DNA of 64,000 bases from contig CALHIR010000010.1 in NCBI GenBank assembly GCA_938030705.1, positions 47,130 through 111,129 of the forward strand. Direction: 5' to 3'. Each line of letters starts with the position of its first letter. Position 1 is the first letter of the stretch. Below the pieces are notes generated by a model. It had not been told where the DNA came from, did not search any database, and was given only the letters and a program-made list of their open reading frames with translations. Position numbers and translations under genes: made by a program. This document shows positions 23,648-33,909 of the stretch, piece after piece. This stretch comes from Candidatus Poseidoniaceae archaeon. Its GTDB lineage: Archaea; Thermoplasmatota; Poseidoniia; Poseidoniales; Poseidoniaceae.

Positions 23648-25384
23648 TCATCCATTCAGGCGGTTGAGCAGTTCATCAACACGGTCGATTTTTCCTCGGA
23701 TACGTGCAAGACTCTCCGAGGCATCGGACACCGATTCTGCAACTTCTCTTTCCTCGTCGGGCGAAGAGACTGGGTCTGGTTTGAAACTGGCAGCGAGCGA
23801 TTTCAACTCGGTCACAATGGCATCAACTTCCGTTTCGGTTACCAAAACACCCGGTGCGATGCGTGGAATCTCACTGGGTGAGATATAACCGAGTTCAGCA
23901 CCCAAGATACCTGCACAGGCCAACACTCGTGGGCGAAGTTGGGCGGTGTTGACATCGTATCCCTTCGATTCAAGGAAGCGAATCACGAGCGCTTGCTGGG
24001 CTTCATCAAAGCCTTCTTCCCCAGATTCAAGGATGGTTTGAACGAGTTCCTCAAAAGAGGCGATGTTGCGTTCGAGACGCTCTATGGTCATGCGCTCGTT
24101 TTCCGGCATGTGGACCGCTCCGCGATGGAGGATTCTCATCATGCGCTGGCGACGCTGAACAACTGGGTCGTTGAGAGCCTGTGATTCAGCGATTTCAATA
24201 TGGAGGTCAAACAGGGCATGCAAGCGCCCGGAGACGCTTGGAACACGGAGGTCAAGGTTCAGGTCTCTTCCTTCTTGCTCGAAGGCCATTCGTGCCTTCA
24301 CGACGTCCGTTGCGTGAAGTGCGAGAATGTTCTCTAATCGGTCTCGCAGGGTGCTGCGAACCTCCTCAAACCGTCGCAGAGCTTCTCGTTCGCTCCAAGA
24401 TTGCGGCAAGGCAATCGCCGCATTGCTTTCGTTTTGAACTTTGAAATCAAGTTCCATGATCATCTGTGCGACCGCTTGATGCACCTGCGGGAGGTCGGTG
24501 GCAAAACCCTGGCTTCGCAAGGATTGAATGAAGGCGTTCATGTCCTCTTGATTGGTGGTCGAACTGACCATAAGGAAATCACGGGCCATGGCATGGATTT
24601 CTGCGGTCCGCTCCCGGAGTTCAATCAATGCGGTTTCGACTTCAAGGCTGTGGGTTTCATCTCCGCTTGTATGTTGAATCATCGGCGGTACGTCGCTGGT
24701 GTCTTCGGCTGGTTCAGGGCGAAGTTGGTGTTCAAGTTCGGCATCGCTTCGTGAGGATGAAACATCGTGGCCGATGCTGGCAAGGTCTTCTTTGAGGGAA
24801 ACCTCCTCCTCAAACGTCCATCCTTCGTCATGGCCTTCCACAAAGGTCGAGACGGTCTCTTCCAATGTTTCGGGGGCTTGGGGCGCCATCACAGCGGCCG
24901 CTTTTGGTACGCTGACGGGTCCACGAGGTCTTCGGAGGCTTTTCTTGACTTTGCCCCACGCATTTTCTTGCGAGGCCAGGACGCCGGCGACCCGAGCGAG
25001 GAGGGCTTGTTTATTTCCAGAAAGCGTGAGTTCGAGGTCTTTGCACATGGCGTGAAGCTCGTCTTTGGTCATCTCGTCAAGGCGTTCAATGGCGAGGGAT
25101 TTGGGGTCGTGGTTCAAATGAAGGTGCAGTCGCTGCCTTCTCGCCTTGATGGAACCTGACTTTTTAATTCCGAACAGGCCCAAAATCTCTCCCAAGTCGC
25201 TGTTAGGGATGCTTCGTAGTCCAGCAGGCGAAAAATCCCAATCGGGGAAAATGAGATGTTGAATCAACCGTGCACGCAAGGATTCAACCGGTCCGGATTT
25301 AGCTATCCCGTGTTCTTGGGCGAGGGTTTTCAGATCGTCAAAACGGGCTTGGTAGAGTTGGCCCAACAACGCTGATGTGTCCAT
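23648..25384 (-). CDS. SAP-domain-containing coiled-coil protein
   Basis: Two SAP-like helix-extension-helix motifs (LKTLAQEHGIAKSGPVESLRARLIQHL; MTKDELHAMCKDLELTLSGNKQALLARVAGVL). The long acidic/helical remainder has no further family match. Start trimmed to Met33. Confidence 0.5.
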   Translation of the reverse strand: MDTSALLGQLYQARFDDLKTLAQEHGIAKSGPVESLRARLIQHLIFPDWDFSPAGLRSIPNSDLGEILGLFGIKKSGSIKARRQRLHLHLNHDPKSLAIERLDEMTKDELHAMCKDLELTLSGNKQALLARVAGVLASQENAWGKVKKSLRRPRGPVSVPKAAAVMAPQAPETLEETVSTFVEGHDEGWTFEEEVSLKEDLASIGHDVSSSRSDAELEHQLRPEPAEDTSDVPPMIQHTSGDETHSLEVETALIELRERTAEIHAMARDFLMVSSTTNQEDMNAFIQSLRSQGFATDLPQVHQAVAQMIMELDFKVQNESNAAIALPQSWSEREALRRFEEVRSTLRDRLENILALHATDVVKARMAFEQEGRDLNLDLRVPSVSGRLHALFDLHIEIAESQALNDPVVQRRQRMMRILHRGAVHMPENERMTIERLERNIASFEELVQTILESGEEGFDEAQQALVIRFLESKGYDVNTAQLRPRVLACAGILGAELGYISPSEIPRIAPGVLVTETEVDAIVTELKSLAASFKPDPVSSPDEEREVAESVSDASESLARIRGKIDRVDELLNRLNG

Positions 25385-25495
25385 TGATGCCCCACCTCTG
25401 CGGCTTTTCCCGCATTGAAAGCATATATGTCTTCGCTGTCCGACCATGCTAAGAGTGCAGGTTCTGGCGGCTGTTTGCATATGCCGAGAGGGTTG

Positions 25496-26599
25496 TCAAT
25501 CATCCAAATCCATGAGACGAGGGCTCGGGTCCATGAACGAGCGTGGCATGCCCCGAATGTTTCGTTTGGTTCCTTCGTGGTCGGTGGTCATGACCGAGAG
25601 CAGTTCCATGAATTCTTTGAGCAAGTTGACCATGCCAAGGTGGCTATTTTCGGGTTGAACAATCCGTTCACAGGCTGCCGTGACGGTGCCGCTGGAGTTC
25701 AACGTTTCAATGAGCATTTCAACGCGAGGGCCACTTTTGAACACCCCTCGCTTCTTATTGGGGTCGAGCAAGGACGTCAGAAGGGCTTCGTCGCCATCCT
25801 TGGATGCCTTTTTCAAAAATGTTGAAATTTTTCGTTGCTCAATATAGGCGCCAACGATGGGTCGCAGTGATGGTTCTAAACTTTCGACCAAGGCTCGTTC
25901 TAATCGGTAAGCCAGTTCAGCGCTCGGGTCAAGCATTTCCTTGATGCTTGCTTTCGGAAAACCTTTTCTCGACACCAAGAGGGTGAAGCCGTGCAAAGGC
26001 GGCGGGACAAATCGCTCCCGGTTATTTTCGGTTTGATCTCGCTGCAGCCCCAAGGTGTGGCGGCGTCCTTTCATGCGATGACCTGCGTGAATGGCCCGAG
26101 GCACGATGAACCCGTCCAGATGACCTTGGAGTCGTTGTTCCTCTATCCAGGGCCAAATGTCTTCGTCATCCAGTTCCTTGACCAACGCCCCTGCTCCTAT
26201 CCTGTCAGCGACCTCATCGATGGTTTCCAACACAATATCCGGGCGCATACGTCGCGTTTGCCGGCGAAGAAGTTCATGCTCACACATAACGAGAGCGCCT
26301 TGTTTCAAGTATTCGGGTTTGTCATCAGCAACCAAAACCCAGGTTGGCTCTTTTCGTGGCAGAAGCCCGGCTATGGTCAGGCCGTCAACATCGTGATTGG
26401 CCCAATCAAAGGCACTCATGGCGACGATATCGCCAATACCATCTCGAAGTGTTTGAATGGCCGTTTCAATGTGGGGGAGTTGCTTGAGGCGGAGGTCACG
26501 ATGTTTGCCATGCGTGCCCACAGCTCGCTCGATTTGAAGGCGAACGCCATCGTTCCTTGACGGCGTGGTGAGAATCACGAGATACTCACTTTTCTCCAT
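25496..26599 (-). CDS. hypothetical protein (weak phosphoesterase-like motifs)
   Basis: 367-aa core of ORF 25496..27088. The upstream 163 codons overlap the well-supported GGPP synthase gene and were trimmed to MEKSEYLVIL. GDIVAMSAFDWANHD and HAGH are suggestive but not diagnostic of a metallophosphoesterase. Confidence 0.4.
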   Translation of the reverse strand: MEKSEYLVILTTPSRNDGVRLQIERAVGTHGKHRDLRLKQLPHIETAIQTLRDGIGDIVAMSAFDWANHDVDGLTIAGLLPRKEPTWVLVADDKPEYLKQGALVMCEHELLRRQTRRMRPDIVLETIDEVADRIGAGALVKELDDEDIWPWIEEQRLQGHLDGFIVPRAIHAGHRMKGRRHTLGLQRDQTENNRERFVPPPLHGFTLLVSRKGFPKASIKEMLDPSAELAYRLERALVESLEPSLRPIVGAYIEQRKISTFLKKASKDGDEALLTSLLDPNKKRGVFKSGPRVEMLIETLNSSGTVTAACERIVQPENSHLGMVNLLKEFMELLSVMTTDHEGTKRNIRGMPRSFMDPSPRLMDLDD

Positions 26600-26680
26600 C
26601 GGTTCACCTCGGTTAGGGTCGCCCCTTACATGTCGTGGGCGTGGACGACCGGTTAAGAAGCCCACCCTCGTGGCAAGGTC

Positions 26681-27664
26681 GTGGGCAGCAGTCTTGAGGT
26701 GCTTCAATCGGCACTGGAATCCATGCGTGAGGAAGTCAACCAGGCTCTGCGTGACCTCATCAGCGACGAACTCGAGGCCGGGGCGGGTGAGGTGGCCCTT
26801 GAAGCAGGGCGTGTCTTGAATGCGGGTGGAAAACGGCTTCGTCCGATTTTGTTCCTGTTGGCTTACCAACTGGCGGGCGGCAAAAACAGAGAAGAGGTCA
26901 TGCCACTGGCGTTGGCCTTCGAACTCATTCACACCGCTACGCTTGTTCATGATGATATCAACGACGAAGCAAAACAGCGTCGAGGAATTCCAACCATCCA
27001 CGCTCAAGCAGGCCAGGCCAAAGCCGTCATCGCTGGCGATTGGCTTTTCGTCCAAGGCTTCGGCCTTGGTGGCCGCTACTCCGCACAAATTGTCTCCATT
27101 ATCGCTCGTTGTTGTGCGAACATTGCCGTCTCAGAATTCCATCAACTTGACCATGTGTTGAACCTTGCGACTTCGCCCGAAGATTACCTTTCCATCGTCC
27201 GTGGAAAAACTGCCGGGCCGTTCGCTTCAGGATGCTACAGTGCTGGTTTGGTCGCAGGTTTGGAGGACGAGAAAGCCAAGGCGCTGGAACGGTTCGGAAT
27301 GGAACTGGGTGTGGCCTTCCAGCTCGTGGATGACCTCTTGGATCTGCGCGGTGATGAACGCATGGGCAAGCCCCGAGGTGCCGATGTTTACGAAGGCAAG
27401 ATGACCCTCCCGTTAATTCACGCGCTGACCCTCTCTCACGGGCAACACCGTGAACGCCTGTCCCAAATTCTCGAAGATTTCTCGGATGAGAAGTTCGATG
27501 ACCTGATGGTGCTGCTGGAGCGTTCAGACAGCATGGAATACGCTGAAATTTTGGTCCGAACCCATCTTGAACGGGCGCAAGCAGAACTGCATCGGTTCCC
27601 CGATAGCGAGGCCAAAGATTTGATGCTGCTCATCACAAACATTGTCAAAGATCGGCATGCTTGA
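26681..27664 (+). CDS. idsA: geranylgeranyl diphosphate synthase (polyprenyl synthetase)
   Basis: 327 aa. First aspartate-rich motif (LVHDDINDEAKQRRG) and second (FQLVDDLLD). GGKRLRP N-terminal motif. Confidence 0.9.
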   Translation: MGSSLEVLQSALESMREEVNQALRDLISDELEAGAGEVALEAGRVLNAGGKRLRPILFLLAYQLAGGKNREEVMPLALAFELIHTATLVHDDINDEAKQRRGIPTIHAQAGQAKAVIAGDWLFVQGFGLGGRYSAQIVSIIARCCANIAVSEFHQLDHVLNLATSPEDYLSIVRGKTAGPFASGCYSAGLVAGLEDEKAKALERFGMELGVAFQLVDDLLDLRGDERMGKPRGADVYEGKMTLPLIHALTLSHGQHRERLSQILEDFSDEKFDDLMVLLERSDSMEYAEILVRTHLERAQAELHRFPDSEAKDLMLLITNIVKDRHA

Positions 27665-27673
27665 GGTGAATCC

Positions 27674-28819
27674 ATGGCCGTGAGTGAAATCGAACACCGC
27701 CAAGTCATCGTTATAGGTGCAGGTCCGGCCGGGAGCGCTGCGGCCCAACGCTTGGCAGAAGCCGGCATTGACGTGCTGGTGTTGGAGCGACGCGCCATCG
27801 TCGGTAATCCCGCCCAGTGCGGGGAATGCATCCCCAACTGGGGTGAGGTCATTGGGACGTTCAAGCATCTTGAGGACCACACATGGTTGAAGACGTATTT
27901 TGACTTCCCCGAACGGCTTCGCCTCCACCGTCTGGACAACATGCGGGTGTTTCTTCCCTCGGGGAAATCCTACAACTTCGCCTTGGATGCCTTTGCTGGC
28001 CACCGTCTTCAATTCGACGGGTACCTCGCCGATAAAGCGGTCAGAGCCGGTGCCGAAGTGCGCATCTCGACAATGTTGAAGCGTATTCAACAACAACGAA
28101 AAGCCAATCGAGAATTGTTGGTTACCAACGAGGGGAGGTTCACCTGCGACTACCTCATCGACGCTTCTGGTAGCCTGGCTCACGTAGGTCGACTCAAGCA
28201 CGGGCAAGACCCAGCGTTCCGTCCCGACGACCAAGTGCCAACCGTCTATGCTCAGGTCAAGGGCGAGGTGCCCGAAACCTTTGATGTGTTTCTGGGGTCC
28301 GTCGCCCCGTCTGGTTATGCGTGGATCATCCCCAAAGGACCCGGGTTTGCCAACGTTGGGTTGGGCGTACGTGCTGGAAAACTCAAAGGCGATTTGAAAG
28401 GGCATTTGGAACGATTTTGTGCCGATCTTAATCTCGAAATTGTCTCGTTTGGCGGTGGCTGGATTCCAATGGGGGGGCCGGTAAAACAGATGGTGGACGG
28501 AAACACGCTCGCCGTAGGTGACGCCGCAGGTTTGGTCATGCCAAGCAACGGCGGGGGGATCAGTCAAGCCATTATTTCGGGTTGTTTTGCAGCCGAAGCC
28601 ATCGTTGACAACATGAGGAAGAACACACCGCTCTCGTCTTACGAAGACAGGGTGCGCGCATCGATGGGCCCAGCGCTCAAGAATTCCCTCCGCAGCAAGA
28701 ACATGGGCTATGCCTTCATGCGAGGCGACGTTTTGACGGAGTTGATTCTTCGTTGCCTCGGTCCCATCGGTGGCATCAAGCGAGCCATGGAGTGCGAGAA
28801 ACCTCTCTGGTTGTTTTGA
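27674..28819 (+). CDS. geranylgeranyl reductase (digeranylgeranylglycerophospholipid reductase family)
   Basis: 381 aa. FAD-binding VIVIGAGPAGSAAA and a conserved GDAAG motif. Adjacent to idsA. Confidence 0.85.
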   Translation: MAVSEIEHRQVIVIGAGPAGSAAAQRLAEAGIDVLVLERRAIVGNPAQCGECIPNWGEVIGTFKHLEDHTWLKTYFDFPERLRLHRLDNMRVFLPSGKSYNFALDAFAGHRLQFDGYLADKAVRAGAEVRISTMLKRIQQQRKANRELLVTNEGRFTCDYLIDASGSLAHVGRLKHGQDPAFRPDDQVPTVYAQVKGEVPETFDVFLGSVAPSGYAWIIPKGPGFANVGLGVRAGKLKGDLKGHLERFCADLNLEIVSFGGGWIPMGGPVKQMVDGNTLAVGDAAGLVMPSNGGGISQAIISGCFAAEAIVDNMRKNTPLSSYEDRVRASMGPALKNSLRSKNMGYAFMRGDVLTELILRCLGPIGGIKRAMECEKPLWLF

Positions 28820-28891
28820 ACCACGCCAAACGTTTGGTTCGAGGCCGTGATTCATCGGTGTGTTCAAGTGATTTGACAGGATGGGAATTTC

Positions 28892-29383
28892 ATGCGAGGG
28901 CTGATGCGACGGGATGAAGATGCCGTTAGCCCCGTGATTGCGACCGTCCTCCTTCTCGCCATCACCGTCGTGCTTTCCAGCATGGTGTTCGTTTTGATGC
29001 AAGGGGCCTTGACCACGGTTGAGAAATCGGCCCCACAGGCAACCGTCAGCGTGCGGGCGCTCGACAACGGTTTCCACGTCGTGAGGATCACCAGCCTTGA
29101 CCAATCCATTGACCCCGCCCGTCTTCAATTCGATTTGCTCCCTGCGAACGTGACCGAATCCCTTCTCATCCGCGGTCAAGTTTCTGATGCAGATGTTTAC
29201 GGCGTTATCGGGACGGAAATCTCGTTCCATGATAGGGATGCAGGCTATTCGGTCACCCAAGGTGATTACTTCGTCATCGATTCCGAAACGATTGGGGCTG
29301 ACGACGGCACCTGGCGTTTCCGTCTGGTTGAGAAGACATCAGATACGCTCATTGTTGATGTTTCGCTCCCTGCGATGGCCTGA
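28892..29383 (+). CDS. archaeal type IV pilin-like protein (class III signal peptide, DUF1628-like)
   Basis: 163 aa. N-terminus RRDEDAVSPVIATVLLLAITVVLSSMVFVL matches the archaeal prepilin pattern (A-VSPVI-hydrophobic). Confidence 0.7.
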   Translation: MRGLMRRDEDAVSPVIATVLLLAITVVLSSMVFVLMQGALTTVEKSAPQATVSVRALDNGFHVVRITSLDQSIDPARLQFDLLPANVTESLLIRGQVSDADVYGVIGTEISFHDRDAGYSVTQGDYFVIDSETIGADDGTWRFRLVEKTSDTLIVDVSLPAMA

Positions 29384-29386
29384 CCT

Positions 29387-30394
29387 TTATCCACCGATGA
29401 AGGACATCTCGACCTTGTTTTCATCGTCCATGCGATCTGCCCGTTCCATGGAATAGCGGTCATTTCGTTTCTCCCAAATCGCCCGAATGGCCTCCAAGAC
29501 ATCGTTTTTATTTGCGCCGAACCGAAGCAAACCTTTGAGGTCGTTTCCGTTTGCTGAGAACAAGCAGGTGTAGATGGAGCCGTTGGCAGAGAGCCTTGCA
29601 CGGGAACAATCGCCGCAGAAGGGGTTGGAAACGGATTCAATGAATCCAAATTCATATCCCGATTCAAGGGTGTACCGTCTGGCTACTTCGCTGCGCTCCT
29701 CCGAAGGTTTTGGTGTCAAGGTTCCAAATTCAGTTTCAAGAAGAGATCGGATCTCAGCGCCATCGACCACTTCGTCCAGTTTCCAGGCATTCGTATTCCC
29801 CACATCCATGTACTCGATGAACCGGAGGGAGATGTTGCGCTCATGACAGATGCGGGCGAGGGGAAGGATTTGGTGTTCATTAACCCCTCTTCGCACAACA
29901 GTGTTCACCTTCACGGTCAGGCCGACGCGCAACGCTTCATCAATGCCAGAAAAGATGACCTCCGGGTCGACTTGTTCAGTGTCGGACATGGATTGGAACG
30001 TGCTGGTGTCCACAGCATCAAGGCTGACGGTAACTCGGTTGAGTCCTGCCTCACGAAGCGCTGCTGCGTGAGTTTTCAACAGCGCGCCATTGGTGGTCAT
30101 GGCGAGGTCGAGTTCAGGGCCAACCTCCCGCAACATGGCTACCAAAGCCTTCAGATTTCGTCGTAGGAGGGGTTCCCCTCCCGTCAATCGAATCTTTTGA
30201 AGGCCGCAGGCGGTAAGTGCATCGACGACGAAGGCGATTTCTTCGTAGGTCAGCAGTTCGTCTCGAGGGAGGAAGGCATGGTCGGCCCCAAAGTGTTCGC
30301 GAGGCATGCAGTAGGTGCATCTGAAATTGCACCGGTCAGTCACTGAAATTCTCAAATCTTTCAACGGACGTTGATATGCGTCCGTGAGGGCCAT
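29387..30394 (-). CDS. moaA: GTP 3',8-cyclase (molybdenum cofactor biosynthesis protein A)
   Basis: 335 aa. Radical-SAM CNFRCTYCMP, second C-terminal cluster (CGDCSRARLSANG), GG signature. Confidence 0.9.
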   Translation of the reverse strand: MALTDAYQRPLKDLRISVTDRCNFRCTYCMPREHFGADHAFLPRDELLTYEEIAFVVDALTACGLQKIRLTGGEPLLRRNLKALVAMLREVGPELDLAMTTNGALLKTHAAALREAGLNRVTVSLDAVDTSTFQSMSDTEQVDPEVIFSGIDEALRVGLTVKVNTVVRRGVNEHQILPLARICHERNISLRFIEYMDVGNTNAWKLDEVVDGAEIRSLLETEFGTLTPKPSEERSEVARRYTLESGYEFGFIESVSNPFCGDCSRARLSANGSIYTCLFSANGNDLKGLLRFGANKNDVLEAIRAIWEKRNDRYSMERADRMDDENKVEMSFIGG

Positions 30395-30515
30395 GAACCG
30401 TGGACACCTCCACGGTTCTTGAATCTGTATTGCAAGGGTTCATGACAGGCCGGGGCCAGCCGCGTGTATGGGCAAGGCCTGGGTAAAGCGCTGGTCTCCC
30501 ACCCTCAAAGACGGC

Positions 30516-31889
30516 ATGGGGAGTTTGATTCCCGCTCTTGAAATTACGCCAGGGGCGTCTATAGATGAATTAACATGGAATCTCCCTCCGTCAAAAAGCC
30601 ACGCCATTCGTTGGCTCGCCTTGGCGGCACAATCCGAGCAGGAAGTTGTTCTCAACGGGCTCGGAAACGCCGGCCAGGACATCGTGTCCATGCGTCGTTG
30701 TTTGGGCCAAATGGGCGTTCTGATCACCGACTTGGGTTCCAACGGAGAGGCTTTGGAGGTTTCAACCAACCATGATGACCAGCCAGCGAAAGGGAGTGTA
30801 GCGTGGAAGATACACGGAGTGGGCACCAACGGGCTGCAGCCCCCTATCAGCGTGCTTCATGCTGGTAATTCCGGGACCGCCCTTCGAATTTTGATGGCGT
30901 TGTGCGCCAGATTTGACGTTCCAGTCATGCTGGACGGGGATGCCTCCTTGCGTTCAAGAAACCACGATGTGATGATCACCTCGTTGAAAAAATTCGGTGT
31001 CAAAGTTTCCTACGGTGCAAGTGTTGAGGGGTTGCCTCTCCTGGTTGAGGGCCCCTGGTCGCCGCCTGAGGAGATGGAACTTGACGTGTCGACCTCAAGT
31101 CAACCGATGACAGCTTGGCATCTCGCCGCCCCCGCCCTACCCCGGGGCCTGAAACTTCTCGCTTCCGGCGAGGGAGTCTCGCTTCGCCACAGTGGATTGA
31201 CGAAAACATTGTGTGAGCGAACGGGAGCGAAAAGGGGTCTTCGCAACGGGGAACTCGAACCCTGGGTGCCCACCATCACCGACGCTTCGGTCCACCTCCC
31301 TCTTGACGCTTCGATGTTGTCTTTTGCCTGTTTGGCCGCCAAAGTTGCCGGTGCTTCGGTTCTCCTGAACGGTACTCCGGCGACAGAGGATGCATTGGGC
31401 AACGAAGTGCTGTTTGAAGTCGCTCCTTCTCTTGGCCTTCTTCTGACCGAGCGGTCCATCACCGTCGAGGGGAAGGCATCGCCTATCGAGGTGAACCTTC
31501 AACATGCCAACGACCTCATCACACCGCTCGCTGCCTTGCTCGCTCTCGCAGGTGGAGGAAGCATCGTCGGCGCGCAACATGCCGCTTTCAAGGAAACCGA
31601 TCGCACACACGGGACCACAGCACTCCTTGCTCAATTCGGTCTTCTCTCTACGTTTGAAAACGGCATCCTCTCGGTGGAAGGTGGGCAAGCCATTGTCCAA
31701 CCCCAAGGTCTCGTCCGAACCTATGGTGATCATAGAATGCAAATGACGGCCCTGGTCTTAGCGATGGGATGTAAAGATACGGTTCTGGTTGAGGGATCGG
31801 ACCTTCACGAAGTCGCCGACCCAGAGGCGGTTCAACGGTGGAAATCAGCCGGTGTATCCGTTGAAAATATTCTTCATCAGCCTTGGTAA
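30516..31889 (+). CDS. aroA: 3-phosphoshikimate 1-carboxyvinyltransferase (EPSP synthase)
   Basis: LPPSKSHAIRWLALAAQSE N-terminal signature and two-domain length. Start trimmed to Met17 of ORF 30468..31889. Confidence 0.75.
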   Translation: MGSLIPALEITPGASIDELTWNLPPSKSHAIRWLALAAQSEQEVVLNGLGNAGQDIVSMRRCLGQMGVLITDLGSNGEALEVSTNHDDQPAKGSVAWKIHGVGTNGLQPPISVLHAGNSGTALRILMALCARFDVPVMLDGDASLRSRNHDVMITSLKKFGVKVSYGASVEGLPLLVEGPWSPPEEMELDVSTSSQPMTAWHLAAPALPRGLKLLASGEGVSLRHSGLTKTLCERTGAKRGLRNGELEPWVPTITDASVHLPLDASMLSFACLAAKVAGASVLLNGTPATEDALGNEVLFEVAPSLGLLLTERSITVEGKASPIEVNLQHANDLITPLAALLALAGGGSIVGAQHAAFKETDRTHGTTALLAQFGLLSTFENGILSVEGGQAIVQPQGLVRTYGDHRMQMTALVLAMGCKDTVLVEGSDLHEVADPEAVQRWKSAGVSVENILHQPW

Positions 31890-31890
31890 C

Positions 31891-33909
31891 TCAGCCATGA
31901 CGCCCAAAGTGGTGGTCCAAACTATCAATGGAGATTCGCAACGATGTCGGGCGTCCATGGACGCAGGCCCAAGGGTTTTGAATTCGGCGCATGTCATCAA
32001 GGAGGCGTCGCATTTCGGGTAAGGAAAGCGATTCATTGGCTTTCACGGCCCCTCGACAGGCGTTCATGAAGGCGATGTGGTCTTTCTTTGCTTCCATGGT
32101 TTCAAGCGGGCCACCATCAAGCGCTAAATCTTGAAGCAAATCGAGAAGGAAGGGTTTGATTTGGTCGCCCCCGAGGAGTTGCGGCGAGGCATTCAACACC
32201 CACATCTCTTTCTCTTTTGAGAGGTGGAACCCAAGGTCATGGAGCCGCTCATGATGTGCATCGACGAGGGCGGATTGCCTCGCATCGAGGTTCAGAGGAA
32301 GCGGAGAGAGCCGTTGTTGTGGCTCCCACGCCTGGCCACTGTGCCGCAATCGTTCGTATCGGACACGCTCGTGCAGGGCGTGCTGGTCGATGAGGAGCAA
32401 CTCGTCTTCAGCTTGGACAAGAATGTAGGAGTCCGCAAATTGTGCCAAAGGTTCCATGTGCGGAAGATCGTTCAAGTCTCCTTCGAGAGGGGCTTCTTCG
32501 CTCGGCCTTGACGTGGACCCAGTACCTGCATGTCGGTGCAGGGCGCGTTCAGCAGAAGAAAGAGGTGCAGCCATTGGTGCTGAAGGAAGGTTTGGGAGAA
32601 CCCCTTGTCCAAGAGGGGACGCTGACACAGGTCGCTCCTTTTCCGCCTTTGCTTGTTCTTCCGCTTCTTGGCCAACGAGGTTCAATTGCCGACCGGCAGC
32701 AAGCGCCCAGGCCGGTGGCCGAACGGAAGCTGTGGCGGTCTTGCCCTCCGGTTTTGCCGTCATGCCCGCCGCCGTTGAGATGGAGGCGTCAACCGTGGTT
32801 TCAACAGGCGGTCCGGTAAAGTAAGTTTCAACTGGTTTAGCAATCGATCCGCCTGAGAGTCCTTGAAGGCCAGGGATTTCACCCGTCGCATCGGGCTCGG
32901 TCGGCACGGCTTCAAGGGTGTAGGCAATGGCTCGTTCAAGCCGCTCCAAAACTCGCCAAGAATGACGAAGACGCACTTCCCGCTTCGTTGGATGGACGTT
33001 CACGTCCACTTCCTCGGGAGGGCATTGGAGGTTCACCACGGCCAACGGGTGGCGGCCTTGCATAAGGCGCGTTTTGTAGCCTCGGCGGATGGCTTGCAAA
33101 AACGGGCCTGCGCCCACAGGACGGCGGTTGATGAGAACGTGGATGTCGTCTCCCTTTCCTCGCGTGATGTCGGGTGTGCTGATCCACCCGCTCCAGCGTT
33201 CCTCGCCGGGGGCCTCCTCATCTTCGGGGGGTAATTTGAGTTCAACCAATTCAGTGGCCTGCGCACCCATGATGTCGTAAAGTCGGTCAAGCATGTTTTC
33301 CGTCGCCGGAACATTGAGCAGTGTTCTGCGTTCAGTTTTCAGGTGGAAACCGCAAGTTGGATGGGCAAGTGCATGGTCAACAACCACGTCCACGATTCGG
33401 GCCGTTTCTGTTTCTGGTCGTCGTTGGAACGCGAGTCGCGCAGGGGTGTTTTGAAAGAGATGTTCGACCGAAATGATGGTTCCGTTGGCCATTCCGTAGG
33501 GCTGGGCTTCGGACTTAATTCCGTCCTCCATCACGATGCTTGCACCCTGCGAACCTTCGGGTTTACTGGCTATTTTGAGGCGAGAGACCATACCAATGCT
33601 GGCCAACGCTTCACCCCGAAAACCGAGCGAGAGAATGGAGGCCAAGTCTTCTTTGCTGCTGAGTTTGGAGGTGGCGTGCCGGTCAAGGGCCAGGGAAAGG
33701 TCAGCTTGAGCAATCCCGCTGCCGTTGTCTTCAACCTCAAGACGGTCAAATCCGCCCCGTTCAACGGTGATGACAATGGAAGTTGAGCCCGCATCGAGGC
33801 TGTTTTCAATCAACTCTTTGACCACCTGTGCGGGGCGTTCGACAACTTCACCCGCTGCAATGAAACCGATGGTGGCTTCATCCAGCTGCCTGATTTTGTC
33901 TGGCTTCAT
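31891..33909 (-). CDS. mutL: DNA mismatch repair protein MutL
   Basis: 672 aa. GHKL ATPase N-terminus (VVKELIENSLDAGST, DNGSGI, GFRGEALASI). Pro/Ala-rich linker. Dimerisation C-terminus. Confidence 0.9.
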   Translation of the reverse strand: MKPDKIRQLDEATIGFIAAGEVVERPAQVVKELIENSLDAGSTSIVITVERGGFDRLEVEDNGSGIAQADLSLALDRHATSKLSSKEDLASILSLGFRGEALASIGMVSRLKIASKPEGSQGASIVMEDGIKSEAQPYGMANGTIISVEHLFQNTPARLAFQRRPETETARIVDVVVDHALAHPTCGFHLKTERRTLLNVPATENMLDRLYDIMGAQATELVELKLPPEDEEAPGEERWSGWISTPDITRGKGDDIHVLINRRPVGAGPFLQAIRRGYKTRLMQGRHPLAVVNLQCPPEEVDVNVHPTKREVRLRHSWRVLERLERAIAYTLEAVPTEPDATGEIPGLQGLSGGSIAKPVETYFTGPPVETTVDASISTAAGMTAKPEGKTATASVRPPAWALAAGRQLNLVGQEAEEQAKAEKERPVSASPLGQGVLPNLPSAPMAAPLSSAERALHRHAGTGSTSRPSEEAPLEGDLNDLPHMEPLAQFADSYILVQAEDELLLIDQHALHERVRYERLRHSGQAWEPQQRLSPLPLNLDARQSALVDAHHERLHDLGFHLSKEKEMWVLNASPQLLGGDQIKPFLLDLLQDLALDGGPLETMEAKKDHIAFMNACRGAVKANESLSLPEMRRLLDDMRRIQNPWACVHGRPTSLRISIDSLDHHFGRHG

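Noticed and set aside
26600-27088. N-terminal 163 codons of the 530-aa minus-strand ORF
   Set aside because: It overlaps the GGPP synthase N-terminus (GGKRLRP region) on the other strand. An internal Met at 26599 gives a non-overlapping gene.
27524-29260. 578-aa minus-strand ORF spanning the geranylgeranyl reductase and pilin genes
   Set aside because: It is antisense to two plus-strand genes with unambiguous signatures (FAD GxGxxG, DUF1628 prepilin). The composition is typical of high-GC antisense frames, and it has no motifs.
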